From Felis catus (Eukaryota): DNA of 64,000 nt. Below are positions 1 to 11,348 of this stretch, one piece after another (position 1 is the stretch's first letter; each line of letters begins with the position of its first letter). The translations under genes and the position numbers were made by a program. Below the pieces are notes generated by a model that was not told the origin of the DNA, did no database searches, and was given only the letters and a program-made list of their open reading frames with translations. The DNA lies in assembly GCF_018350175.1 (NCBI RefSeq), contig NC_058369.1:15998001-16062000 (forward strand), given 5' to 3'.

Positions 1-152
1 TTCAAGCCCCGCGTCGGGCTCTGGGCTGATGGCTCAGAGCCTGGAGCCTGTTTCCGATTCTGTGTCTCCCTCTCTCTCTGCCCCTCCCCCGTTCATGCTC
101 TGTCTCTCTCTGTCCCAAAAATAAATAAACGTTGAAAAAAAAATTTTTTTAA
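1..152 (+). mobile_element. CanSINE (young felid SINEC_Fc type), partial
   Basis: SINE 3' half, CT tract and A tail. Confidence 0.9.
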
Positions 153-809
153 AAGAAAAATGGTGATTTCTGACCAGGTGGCTTAGAAACTTCACTCTTT
201 GGCTGTATCCTTTCTCCTATGATGATATGGCAGTGGTTTAAGTACACACACACATATACATACATGTATTTGGAGAGAGAGAGATATGTGTACATATATA
301 TACACACCCATAATATACCTCCAAAAAGACAAATCTAGGTTCTAAAACAAGCATCTCTGGGAGCCAGAAGTGGAGCACAAAACCAGTGTGGTGACTGGCG
401 CTAAACCATAAGCTTGCCGGGCCCAGATCCAGGAGTAGCGGATGGCAGCCAGGGTGTGTGTGGTTTCTGAGAGGTGATGGGTACTAAAAGTGTGTGCTTG
501 AGATGGGGAGCCTGAAAATCCAAGGTGGGTAACTCCTGAAAGAAGGCTGCCAGCTGTTGTCCACACTTTCCCCGGGCTACAGCTTGTACCAAGCAATAGG
601 CCTAAGGACACAGGAGGACCAGATGTCGCCTGGAATCCAGGCACCGAAGCAGGCCACCTGCTGCTATACCCCCAATATCTTCTCAGGGCCAGGGCTCAGC
701 ATCCCCACACAAAGCCTGGTTCTGGCCTGAGGGACTAGATGGAGAACACCACAAACAGCTGGACAAAGAAAGACAAGCATAAAAGGAGAAGACCAAATAT
801 TCTTTTATT

Positions 810-1046
810 TTTTTTTATTTTTTTTATATTAAAAATTTTTTTTCAACGTTTATTCATTTTTGGGACAGAGAGAGACAGAGCATGAACGGGGGAAGGTCAG
901 AGAGAGAAGGAGACACAGAATCGGAAACAGGCTCCAGGCTCTGAGCCATCAGCCCAGAGCCCGACGCGGGGCTCGAACTCACGGACCGCGAGATCGTGAC
1001 CTGGCTGAAGTCGGACGCTTAACCGACTGCGCCACCCAGGCGCCCC
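810..1046 (-). mobile_element. CanSINE (young felid type)
   Basis: Full length; TSD tattcttttatt. Confidence 0.92.
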
Positions 1047-1554
1047 TATTCTTTTATTCAAAATGAGATTACAAGTGAATACCCGAGCTAAGGTTTATAG
1101 CTTACAGTCAGAGGCGAGTGAGGCTCTAGCACTCCTGATAGAAGGTTGGGATGGAGGGATAGAAATTCACAATGTCTGACTCTAACAGAGACTACTGTGC
1201 ACCTTCTAGAGACTCTCCTTCCTTAGGAGCCCCATCGTGTTTAGTAACAAAATCCTGGGCCAGGCAACGATATCCAGGCAAAGGAGGACTTTTTCCCGGC
1301 TTCCCTTGCTACTAGGTGTTACCAAGTCTGGACAATGAGAAGCGAACAGGAGAGTTATGTAGAACTTCTGCGGATTCTCCTTAAAATGAAGGCAGAGGTT
1401 ACCTTATTTTTTTTTTTTCTTCCTCACTTGCTCTTTCCTGTTGTTTGAATGTGGACACTGTGGCTGGGCACGTTTGAGACCACCCAGTGATCCCGGGGAC
1501 AGAAACTTTGTGTCAGAATGGTGGGGTAGAAAAAGGAGAAGTGATAACAACCCT

Positions 1555-2407
1555 CAGTATTGTTAAGATGGCAGGATTTCCCAAACTGAACTACAGATTC
1601 AGCTCAACCTCCATTAAACTCCTGCTGACATTCTTGCAGAAATTGACACACTGATCACAAAGTTGATATGGAAACGCAAGGACCCAGGACCGTCAGAACA
1701 ATCTTGAAAAAAAGAATAACCAAAGTTGAAGACTCACGCTTACTGATTTCAATACTTACTGTAAACTTTGGGTTAGGCAATGTTTTCTTAGATATGACAC
1801 CAAAAGCACCAAGAATAAAAAGAGAATGGATGAATTGAACTTTATCAAAATTAAAAAGATTTCTGTGCTACCAAAGACACCATCAAGAAAGCAGAAAGAC
1901 TTGCTTTCAAGAAACCCACAAAATGGGAGAAAATATTTGGATATAATTACCTAGTAAGAGACATGTACCCAGAATACCTAAAGAATGCCTACAACCAAAT
2001 ACCAAAAAGATAAGTAGCCCAACTTAAAAAAGGATGTGAACAGGCACGCATGGAACAGGCTCCAAAGAGTATGCAAAAATGGCCGATAAACACGTGAAAA
2101 GATGTTCGACATCATTATCTCTTAGGGAAATGCAAGTCGAAACCACAATGAGATCCCAACTCACTTTTACCCAGATGTTTATAATTAAAAACACAGATAA
2201 CAACTACTGTTGGCAAGGATGTGGAGAAATTACAACCCTTATACATTGCTGATAGGAATATAAATTGTATAGCAGGTGCTTTGACAAACGGTGGTGTGGT
2301 AGTTCCTCAATAAGTGAAGCCTTGGGTACTGTTGGAGCTAGCGACTCACTTCTAGGTATACATCCAAGAGAAATGAAGTCCTATATCCGCATAAAAACTA
2401 GTATACA
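1555..2407 (+). mobile_element. Old L1 (ORF2 3' region) fragment; continues at about 3400-4100 as 3'UTR
   Basis: L1-typical gaaatgcaagtcgaaaccacaatgagat, gttggcaaggatgtggagaaat, cacttctaggtatacatccaagagaaatgaa. Confidence 0.8.
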
Positions 2408-3086
2408 TGGGGATGAAAGCTGGTGCAGCCACTCTGGAAAACAGTATGGCGGTTCCTCAAAAAACTAAAAATAGAACTACCAGACGACCCAGCAGTTGCA
2501 CTACTAGGCATTTATCCAAGGGATACATGTGTGCTGTTTCAAAGGGACACATGCACCCCCATGTTTATAGCAGCACTTTCACCAATAGCCAAAGTATGGA
2601 AAGAACCCAAATGTCCATCGATGGATGAATGGATAAAGAAGATGTGGTATATATATACAATGGAGTGTTACTCGGCAATCAAGAAGAATGAAATCTTGCC
2701 ATCTGCGACTACGTGGATGGAACTGGAGGATGGAAGTGAAATTAGGCAGTCAGAGAAAGACAAAAATCATATGACTTCACTCATATGAGGACTTTAAGAC
2801 ACAGAACAGATGAACATAAGGGAAGGGAAACAAAAATAATATAAAAACAGGGAGGGGGACAAAACAGGAGAAACTCATAAATATGGAGAACCAACTGAGG
2901 GTGACGGGAGGGGTTGTGGGAGGGGGGATGGGCTAAATGGGTAAGGGGCATTAAGGAGTCTACTGAAATCTTTGTTGCACTAGATGCTAACTAATTTGGA
3001 TATAAATTTAAAAAATAAAATTAAAAGTAAAAATTAAAAAAAAAAGCTTTTCTGCCAGATCACCTTGGCAATATTCTACATAAAAA
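2408..3086 (+). mobile_element. 5'-truncated carnivore L1 (ORF2 C-terminus plus 3'UTR) inserted into the older L1
   Basis: ORF 2423-2788 [19 protein letters not shown]...CTPMFIAAL. TSD AAAAACTAGTATACA at 2393-2407 and 3087-3101. Confidence 0.9.
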
Positions 3087-3101
3087 AAAAACTAGTATAC
3101 A

Positions 3102-3400
3102 AAAGTATATATTAGCAATAGTATATTATATCAATGTAATATATTATATTGGACAATATTATATATATAATATAAATTCATATATTAAGATATATTGCAT
3201 ATTATTATAATTATATATTAATAATATATTAGCGCATCAAATAGAACATTATGGGAGTATAATATAAACAATACAATCTACAATGTTATATTAATTATAC
3301 TCTGATATTGTAAAATATAATGTAGTTCAAATAATATGATATATGACGTTATATTAATTATAACATTAGCAATATTATAGTAGCAATGAATAAATATAAT
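3102..3400. repeat. AT-rich low-complexity tract
   Basis: Degenerate (ATATT/ATATA)n. Confidence 0.8.
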
Positions 3401-3764
3401 AGCCTCAAAATGGAAACAAACCAAATATCCATCAACTAATGAGTGGGTAAATAAAATGTGGTATGTCTATAAAATATGATTTGGCCATAAAAGGAGTAAA
3501 GTACTCATACACGCTACAACATGGATGAAGTGTGGAAAAATTGTGCCAAGTGAAAGAAGGCCACTCATGGAAGACCATATATTGTATGACTGCATTTCTG
3601 TGAAGTGTCCAGAATAGACAAATCAACACAGACAGAAGGTAGATGAGGGTTTTCCTGGTGCTGGCGGGGTGGAGAGACAGGGAGTGGGAGAGATAATGGA
3701 GAGTGATTGATAATGACTCCAGGGTTTCTTTTTGCGATGATGAAAATATTTTAAAATTAGCTTG

Positions 3765-3973
3765 GGGCACCTGGGTGGCTTGGTCGGTTAAGCGTCTGAC
3801 TTCGGCTCAGGTAATGATCTCACGGTCTGTGGGTTCGAGCCCCGCGTCGGGCTCTGTGCTGACAGCTCAGAGCCTGGACCTGTTTCAGATTCTGTATCTC
3901 CCTCTCTCTCTGCCCCTCCCCTGTTCACGCTCTGTCTCTCTCTGTCTCAAAAATAAATAAACATTAAAAAAAA
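3765..3973 (+). mobile_element. CanSINE
   Basis: TSD ttaaaattagcttg. Confidence 0.92.
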
Positions 3974-4352
3974 TTAAAATTAGCTTGTGGTGATAGCTGG
4001 ACAACTCTGTGAGTATACTAAAAAAAAAAAAAGTGAATTTTACATTTTCGATTGGTGAGTTTGGTGGTTTGTGCGTAATTTCTCAATAAAACTGTTAAAA
4101 ATCAGGGAAAGGATAAACTACTCAATAATGACACAATTAGTTAGCATTTAGAAAAAAATAGACCCTTACCTCACTCTAGGCACAAAAATAAATTCTAGAT
4201 GAATCAGGTGCCTAAGTACGACAAGCAAACATTTAATGCGTTTAGAACACAATCTTCATGACTGTAAGATAGAAAAGGATTCTTTAAACAAAATATAGAA
4301 AACACTAGTCGTCAAGAAATATTTTACTAAGTTGAATTAAAAGAAAAATTTC

Positions 4353-4438
4353 TGGGGTGCCTGGGTGGCTCATTGGTTAAGCGTCTGACTCTTGATTTCG
4401 GCTCAGGTCATGATCCCAGGGTTGTGCTTAAGATTAAG

Positions 4439-4488
<50 letters not shown>

Positions 4489-4930
4489 TCTCTCTCCCTC
4501 TGACTGTCTCCCCCATTTGCATTCGCTCTCTCTCTCTCAAAAAAAAAAAAATTGTGTCCATCAAAAGAAATCCAGGAATAAAGTTAAAATAAATCACAGT
4601 GAGAATATATTTGCCAACAGTATTTCTTAAACAAAGATCAGTATCCAGAATTTATAAACAGCTCCAACAAACTTCATTAGTAATCAGGCAATGCAAATTA
4701 AAACCACAGTCAAGGGGCCCCCTGGGTGGCTCAGTCAGTTGGGCATCCGACTCCGGCTCAGGTCATGATCTCACAGTTGGTGGGTTCGAGCCCCCGCCCG
4801 TCCGGCTCTGTGCTGACAGCTCAGAGCCTGGAGCCCGCTTCTGATTCTGTCTCCATCTCTCTGCCCCTCCCCTGCTGGGGCTCCGTCTCTGTCTCCCTCA
4901 CAAATATGAAAAATAAAACTTAAAAAAAAA
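4353..4930 (+). mobile_element. Two CanSINEs (4353-4552 with a long CT tract; 4714-4930 with TSD attaaaaccacagtcaa)
   Basis: tRNA-derived heads with A/B boxes, CT tracts and A tails. Confidence 0.88.
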
Positions 4931-4989
4931 ATTAAAACCACAGTCAAATGCTGCTAACCATCAGACAGGCAAATATATTCAAGTCTGAT

Positions 4990-5340
4990 GAGAAAGATAA
5001 ATACCATATGGTTTCGCTTATATGTGGAAGCTAAAGGAAAAAAAAAAAAACACAAATGAATAAGCAAACAAAAAGCAGAAAGAGACCTATAAATACAGAG
5101 AACAAACTGATGGTTACCAGCGGGGAGGGGTGGGGGATGGGCAAGATGGGGGCAGGGCAGTGGGAGATGCAGGCTTCCGGTCATGGCATGAGTAAGTCGA
5201 GGGAAGAAAAGGCACAGCATAGGGAATGTAGGCAATGATGTTGTCACAGCGTTGTACGGTGACAGATGGCAGCTGCACTTGTGGTGAGCCCAGCAGGACA
5301 TATAAGCTGTCCAGTAACTATGTTGTGCACCTGCATAACC
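4990..5340 (+). mobile_element. L1 3'UTR fragment (carnivore/L1MA type)
   Basis: aaataccatatggtttcgcttatatgtgga...aacaaactgatggttaccag...gcaggcttcc. Confidence 0.75.
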
Positions 5341-5802
5341 TTTCCCCGCGCTGGGACCATTCCAAACACGGTCTGATTACTAGGCTTCTCTTTCATGCAT
5401 AAACATTTACGGGGACATATTCTTTGATCTAATGCTCCTACTTTTACTAATTTTCCGCCAAAAGGCAATTATACTAGTAAGAGAAATCTTAAAAATCGTA
5501 AGGGTGCAGATGATGCAAGCAGTATTTCTTAAGCTTTAAAACAACACTTGTATCCATAGTAAAAAGAAGTAAATCACGCATGAGACCGATATGCACACAA
5601 CTCAGAACAGTGTTGTTAACCGAGAGGAGAAAGGGAGAGAAAAGACAAATGAGGACTAGGGGCAGGCATACAAGGTAATTTCAATTGCAGCTCTAAATTT
5701 TTACCTTTTCAAAATAGAATAGAGCAAAATAAGATTTGTTAAATGTGGGGCAGTAGGTTCACAGCCTTAAAAAATACTTCTGTCATCTTAAAAAATACTT
5801 CT

Positions 5803-6436
5803 GGGGGCGCCTGGGTGGCGCAGTCGGTTAAGCGTCCGACTTCAGCCAGGTCACGATCTCGCGGTCCGTGAGTTCGAGCCCCGCGTCAGGCTCTGGGCTG
5901 ATGGCTCAGAGCCTGGAGCCTGCTTCCGATTCTGTGTCTCCCTCTCTCTCTGCCCCTCCCCCGTTCATGCTCTGTCTCTCTCTGTCCCAAAAATAAAATA
6001 AAACTTTGAAAAAAAAATTAAAAAAAGAAAAACAAAAAAACAAACTTCTGTATATTTTGGGGCACCTGGGTGGCTCAGTCGGTTCAGTATCTGACTCTTG
6101 ATTTCGGCTCAGGTCATGATCTCACCATTCGTGAGTTCAAGCCCCCCATCAGGCTCTGCCATGACAGTGCAGAGCCTGCTTGGGATTCTCTGTCTCCCTC
6201 TCTCTCTGTCCCTCCCCTGCTCTCTCTCTCTCTCTCAAAAAGTAAATAAATAAACTTTTGTTTATTTTTGAGAGAGAGAGACAGAGAGAGAGCGGGGGAG
6301 GAGCAGAGAGAGAGGGAGACAGAATCTGAAGAAGCTGTCAGCACAGACCCCGATTCAGGGCTCGAACCCATGAATCGTGAGATCATGACCTGAGCTGAAG
6401 TCGGGTGCTTAATTGACTGAGCCACCCAGATGCCCC
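5803..6436. mobile_element. CanSINE cluster: + 5803-6045, + 6059-6258, - 6259-6436
   Basis: Three SINE bodies; the last sits antisense within the tail of the second. Confidence 0.9.
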
Positions 6437-6589
6437 AATAAATAAATAAGCTTAAAAAAAATAAATAAACTTAAAATAAATAAACTTAAAATAATAAATA
6501 AATAAATACATATTTATAAATAAATAAATATTTATTTATTAATAAAGAAATATTTATTAATAAATAAATAAACTTAAAAAAAAAGAGCA

Positions 6590-6790
6590 GGGGTGTTGAG
6601 GCACACTGCTTGGACTTGAATCCCAGTGCTGAGTTGACTTAAGGAGAGATTCTTAAATTCATTGCCTCAGTTTTTCTCCTGAACATTGAGTATAATAATA
6701 GCATTGAGCTCAGAGGGTTGTCATAAGGATTAAATGCGGCCACTAGACAGAGAGCACTAGAACAGTGCCTATAAGTATTTAATAATGTCT
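6590..6790 (+). mobile_element. MIR (similar MIR cores near 15770-15960, 27120-27330, 29840-30010, 38600-38790, 39960-40050)
   Basis: MIR core gcctcagttt..ctc...ataatagca...agggttgtc.taaggattaaatg. Confidence 0.65.
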
Positions 6791-7009
6791 TCCATTGCCA
6801 TCATCATCATCAATATCACCATTATGATGAAATCTCTTTGGTCAACTCTGATTCACCCTCCATATTTTTGAGGTCAGTTAAAATACTACTTTTTTTTTTT
6901 TTTTAGAGAGAGAGTGTGTGTCGTCAGCAAGCAGGGGAGAGGGACAGAGGGAGAGAGAGAGAGAGAGAGAGAGATAGAGAGAGAGAGAATCTCAAGAAGG
7001 CTGCGTGCT

Positions 7010-8150
7010 TCATCATTGTTGAAGTCCAATTTACCTATTTGGTTGTTGCCACTCATGTTCTTGGTGTCGTATCTAAGAATTCGTTCAAAATCAGAGGTCA
7101 TAAAGATTCACCTCTATATTTTCTTCTAAGAATTATATTGTTTTGGCTCTTATATTTACATCATTGATCCACTTTGAGTTCATTTTTATATATGATGTGA
7201 GGAAGGGATCCAACTCCATTCTCTCGCATGTGGATATTCAGTTGTCTCAGCGCCATTTGTTGAAGAGAATGTTCTTTCTCCAGTTGGTGGTCTTGGCAAC
7301 CTTGCTGAAAATCAGTAGACGTAGGAGTTTATTTCTGGGCTCTCAGTTACATTCCACTGATCTATAGGTCTATCCTTATGACAGTTAATGTAGCTTTGTA
7401 GTACATTTTGAAATCGGGAAGCTGGAATCCTCCAAGGTTGTTTTTTTGCAAAGAGGCCAAACTCTCAGCAAAATACTGGCAAGCTGAATCTAATGGCACA
7501 TTAAAAGAATTATACTCCATGACCATATAGAATTTATCCAAAGAAAGCAAGGGTGATTCAACATAGGAAAATCAACCAATATCATACCTGATATTAACGG
7601 AGTGAAGAAAAAATATATTCACGTCTACATCCAAAAAGGATATTGGTCTGCAGTTTTCTTGTGGTGTCTTTGTCTGGTTGTGCTAGCACGTCAATTCCGA
7701 TTTCATAGAATGAGTTAGGAAATATCCCCCTTTTTCTATTTTTAGGAACAGTTGGAGAAAGACTGATGTTAGTTTTTCTTTAAAGGTTTGGTAGAACTCA
7801 CCAATGAAGCCACTCAGTCCTGGGCATTTATCTGTTGGGAGATTTTTGATTTCTGGTTTAATCTCTTTATTTTATACAGATCTTTTCAGATTTTCTATCT
7901 CTTCTTGAGGCAGTTTTTGGCAGTTTATGTTTTTCTGGGGATTTTTCCGTTTCATTTCATTTGTCCGTGTTACTTAATTTGTTGGTGGAACATCGTATAT
8001 GATATTCTCTTACAATCTTTTTTATTTCTATAAATTCATGAGTAATATCCCCACTTTCATCTGATTTTGGTTATTTATGTGTTTTCTTTTTTTCTTAGTA
8101 CAGCTAGGGTTTTGTCAACTTTGTTATCTTTTCAAAGAACTAACATTTGC
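7010..8150 (-). mobile_element. L1 ORF2 fragment with an internal inverted segment (about 7458-7612)
   Basis: Minus-strand L1 motifs gatccactttgagttcatttttatata, tagctttgtagta, gtagaactcaccaatgaagcc. Confidence 0.8.
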
Positions 8151-9061
8151 TTTAAGCATGCATTACTTAAAATAGATATATAATATATTATATATATAAC
8201 ACATACTATATCTTTATATGGATATATACCTGCACTGCATTACAAATGAGTTGTCCTCTCCACACTTGTCCTTTCCTCACCACCAAGCATTATTTATGGT
8301 TCTTATAAAGCCAGCAGCGGTTGGGCACATCTTCAACTAGCCATACTTGGGAAGGGCCTTTCTATCTTCCATCACCCACCGCCCATCCAGAGGGAGGCCT
8401 CAGTCACGTCCTCCAATCAGAATCTCTGCCACATCCAGATTTGCGGGTTTCTTCTCATGCCACCAGCACCTGCAAAGAGCACTATTTGAGTTGTTTTCAG
8501 ATGGCTACAACATTATGCCCCTCCCTGGGACACCTCAGAAACCACACTCAAATGGTAGCTGTCAGAGGTGGGAGAGGAGTAGTTATGGCTTCTACTGCCA
8601 TGTATGAAACCTCATCCTGTAGGTATTCGCCCATCCTCCTCTTATTCACCACGCCTTGCGGGGAAGGCAGGTGATGGCGGCGACAGTGAATTCTAGCTTC
8701 TGATTCCCCAGAACCAGCCCCCGTCCCACACTGTTGCAATGTCCTGGGGGTCTCTAAAAATGCCTTCCAAGTACTGTGTCCTGACCCATCCCCAGCCATA
8801 GCTTTCTCCCCAGAGCAGGCCACCTCCGAGACCAAGATCTGAGTCTAGTCGCAGAGTAGTTTAAAACACTGGGCTGTAGAATACAAGATTATCTCCCTTC
8901 CTCCCTACCTCAGGTTCAAATGACATCCTCTTAAGTCACTTGAGAGGGCTTTTCAGCAGCTGGGTGCACTAAAGATTTTGACTTCACTTCTACTTTCCAA
9001 AGTTTATTTGGCCTTAAGGGATGGAAAACATCCAATCTGCTACATTTACACTTCTTTATGA

Positions 9062-9116
9062 TTTCTTTCTTTCTTTTTCTTTTTCTTTCTTCCTTCCTTC
9101 CTTTCTTTCTTTCTTT

Positions 9117-9159
<43 letters not shown>

Positions 9160-9203
9160 CTCTCTCTTTTTTCTTTCTTCCTCTTTCTCTCTTTCTTTCT
9201 TTT
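9062..9203. repeat. (TTTC)n-type polypyrimidine microsatellite
   Basis: Direct reading. Confidence 0.95.
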
Positions 9204-9723
9204 CACCACATACCCTTGTCTATTCTTGGTTCACTTGGAAATGGTGGTGAACTTGGAAGAGGAGGAGGGAAGCATTCATGTCTGGCTTCTCTTACCTGAC
9301 ACTTTGGCTTCCCAAAAGCCATTTGCAGTTTCCAGGCTTTCTTGCTGTCATGTTACTTTGTGACTTGAGTCAAAAACAGTGGAAAAAATTTGTGTTATTT
9401 TTACCCTAGAAATATGAGCAGAGCATGTAGGAATGTATAACGGTGCTTTTTCCATGGGTATCACATTCGTCGAGATCACTGTTTTTAACCCATACTGAAC
9501 ATGTAAAATCCTAGAACTCGCTGATCTATTTTAGTAGGTCACAGGAAGCATGCAAACCGTAGAAACCACAATCAACCAAAACATCTGTGTTGAAAAAAGG
9601 GCAAGAATTTATCTCCTAAGGGTGTCAACCGAACAAATCCCATCACAAATAAGTAAGGGAGTTAGTTAGAAGGGGAGTCATCAAAGTAACCTGAGGCTGC
9701 TTGATAAACTTTCCCGTCTTCTT

Positions 9724-9979
9724 TTTATTTATTTATTTATTTATTTATTTTTCCAACGTTTTTATTTATTTTTGGGACAGAGAGAGACAGAGCATGAACG
9801 GGGGAGGGGCAGAGAGAGAGGGAAACACAGAATCGGAAACAGGCTCCAGGCTCCGAGCCATCAGCCCAGAGCCTGACGCGGGGCTCGAACTGCCTGACGC
9901 GGGGCTCGAACTCCCGGACCGCGAGATCGTGACCTGGCTGAAGTCGGACGCTTAACCGACTGCGCCACCCAGGCACCCC
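9724..9979 (-). mobile_element. Young CanSINE with an internal 21-bp duplication
   Basis: Perfect TSD aactttcccgtcttctt at 9707-9723 and 9980-9996. Confidence 0.93.
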
Positions 9980-11195
9980 AACTTTCCCGTCTTCTTGATC
10001 AAGTGAGAACCTAGTGACAAAAAAAAAAAAAAAAGTTTGACTTAATTGACTTAATAGCTGAGTGATTATTAACCATGCTCCCCCAGATCCACTCTGATTT
10101 ACCAGGAAGCTGACACTTGTTGGCTACGTCAGCTGGACTCCAGCTTCTCCCTCTTCTTGTTGGGTTCAGGCACTGGCAGGAGGTCAGAGGACTTCTGTTC
10201 CTGCTCTCCTCCTGCCCTGTGGAAGTTCTAGCAGCAGCTGGGTCCTTCTATCTTCAGCTCGCAACGGGGATTGGGCGATATTTATTCCTTTGGCCCTTCA
10301 AGCGTAGGGTAAGAGTTCCCACTAGTCTTTGGACTTCTCGCCACCTATTGGTTCTCTTCACACCGCCCACCCTTCCATACGTTCGCTCAGCCTTACGCTG
10401 TGTCTTCAAATTGTCGTCCGAATGTGCCTTCCGTTCTCTGTGCTACACATAAGACAAAGATTCAGATTCTGGCCCGCCCCCCCCCCCCCTACCTCTCTGC
10501 CTCTCTCTGTTTATAAAGCAAGGCTGGAGTCGGTGATGTCTAGTGCGAAGACAGAAATCAACAAGGGCAAAATTCTGGGGTCTTGACCTTCCCCATCGCA
10601 GACTGACCCAAAGGAACCAGCAGCAAGAGGCCCCAGTGAGGGCATTCCATAAAGTGGGCACAGACCCAGCATCGCTGGGTGAGTACGATCTGTCTTACCA
10701 TTGAAATCTCAGAAAGACCCTTCTGACCCCCGCTCAGAGACCACATTAGGGACCAAGTAGAGAACTTTTCATGTTCCTGACCACGCCAGGAGCTGTCTTC
10801 TAAGGAGAGACCTGAGGCTCTTCTTTCTTCGCACAAAAACCAGGTCGTATGCAGGATACATGGTTACAACAAATGGAAATCCAGAAGGGCCCCCAGATTT
10901 CACGGAGTGTTTTATTGTTGTCGTTAGCCACTATTCTGTTGAGTGCCTACTTCTTACCAGACACTATACTAGTTGCTTTGTATCCATTGAAGCCCCACCG
11001 ACCCCGGAGGCCTCGTTATTCCCAGTTTATAGTTGGAGAAGTCAAAGCTTAGAGATTCGCCAAGGCACCAGCATAGGCACTCAGATCTCCTGAATCCCAG
11101 AAAGTGTGTGGAGCCAACTCGGGTGACCCAATGTTCCCTCTGGGACCTGAGGAATATTCCTAAGCACAATTGCCTAAATTGCAGAATTCGCCCTG

Positions 11196-11348
11196 TCTTT
11201 GTCTTTTCTTTTTTTATTGTGACAAAACAAACATAACACATTACATTTGCGTCACATAAACTCTTACGATGTCTCTTTGTCTTTTCTTTTTTTATTGTGA
11301 CAAAACAAACGTAACACCTTATGTTTGCGTCACATAAACTCTTGCGAT
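11196..11348. repeat. Two-copy tandem duplication, period 78 bp
   Basis: tctttgtcttttctttttttattgtgacaaaacaaac...tttgcgtcacataaactctt.cgat occurs twice. Confidence 0.92.

Noticed and set aside
860..1066. Recurrent short ORFs such as MGQRETEHER... and MAQSVKRPTSAQV...
   Set aside because: Translations of CanSINE copies, not genes.
2423..2788. L1 ORF2 C-terminal ORF as an active element (also 50232-50561)
   Set aside because: Severely 5'-truncated; no EN or RT domains.
5803..5890. tRNA-like A/B boxes
   Set aside because: tRNA-derived SINE heads followed by CT tract and A tail; no cloverleaf tRNA gene.
8931..9363. Lys/Glu/Arg-rich and Phe/Leu/Ser-rich ORFs (also 28850-29128, 30202-30640)
   Set aside because: Translations of (GAAA)n/(TTTC)n microsatellites.
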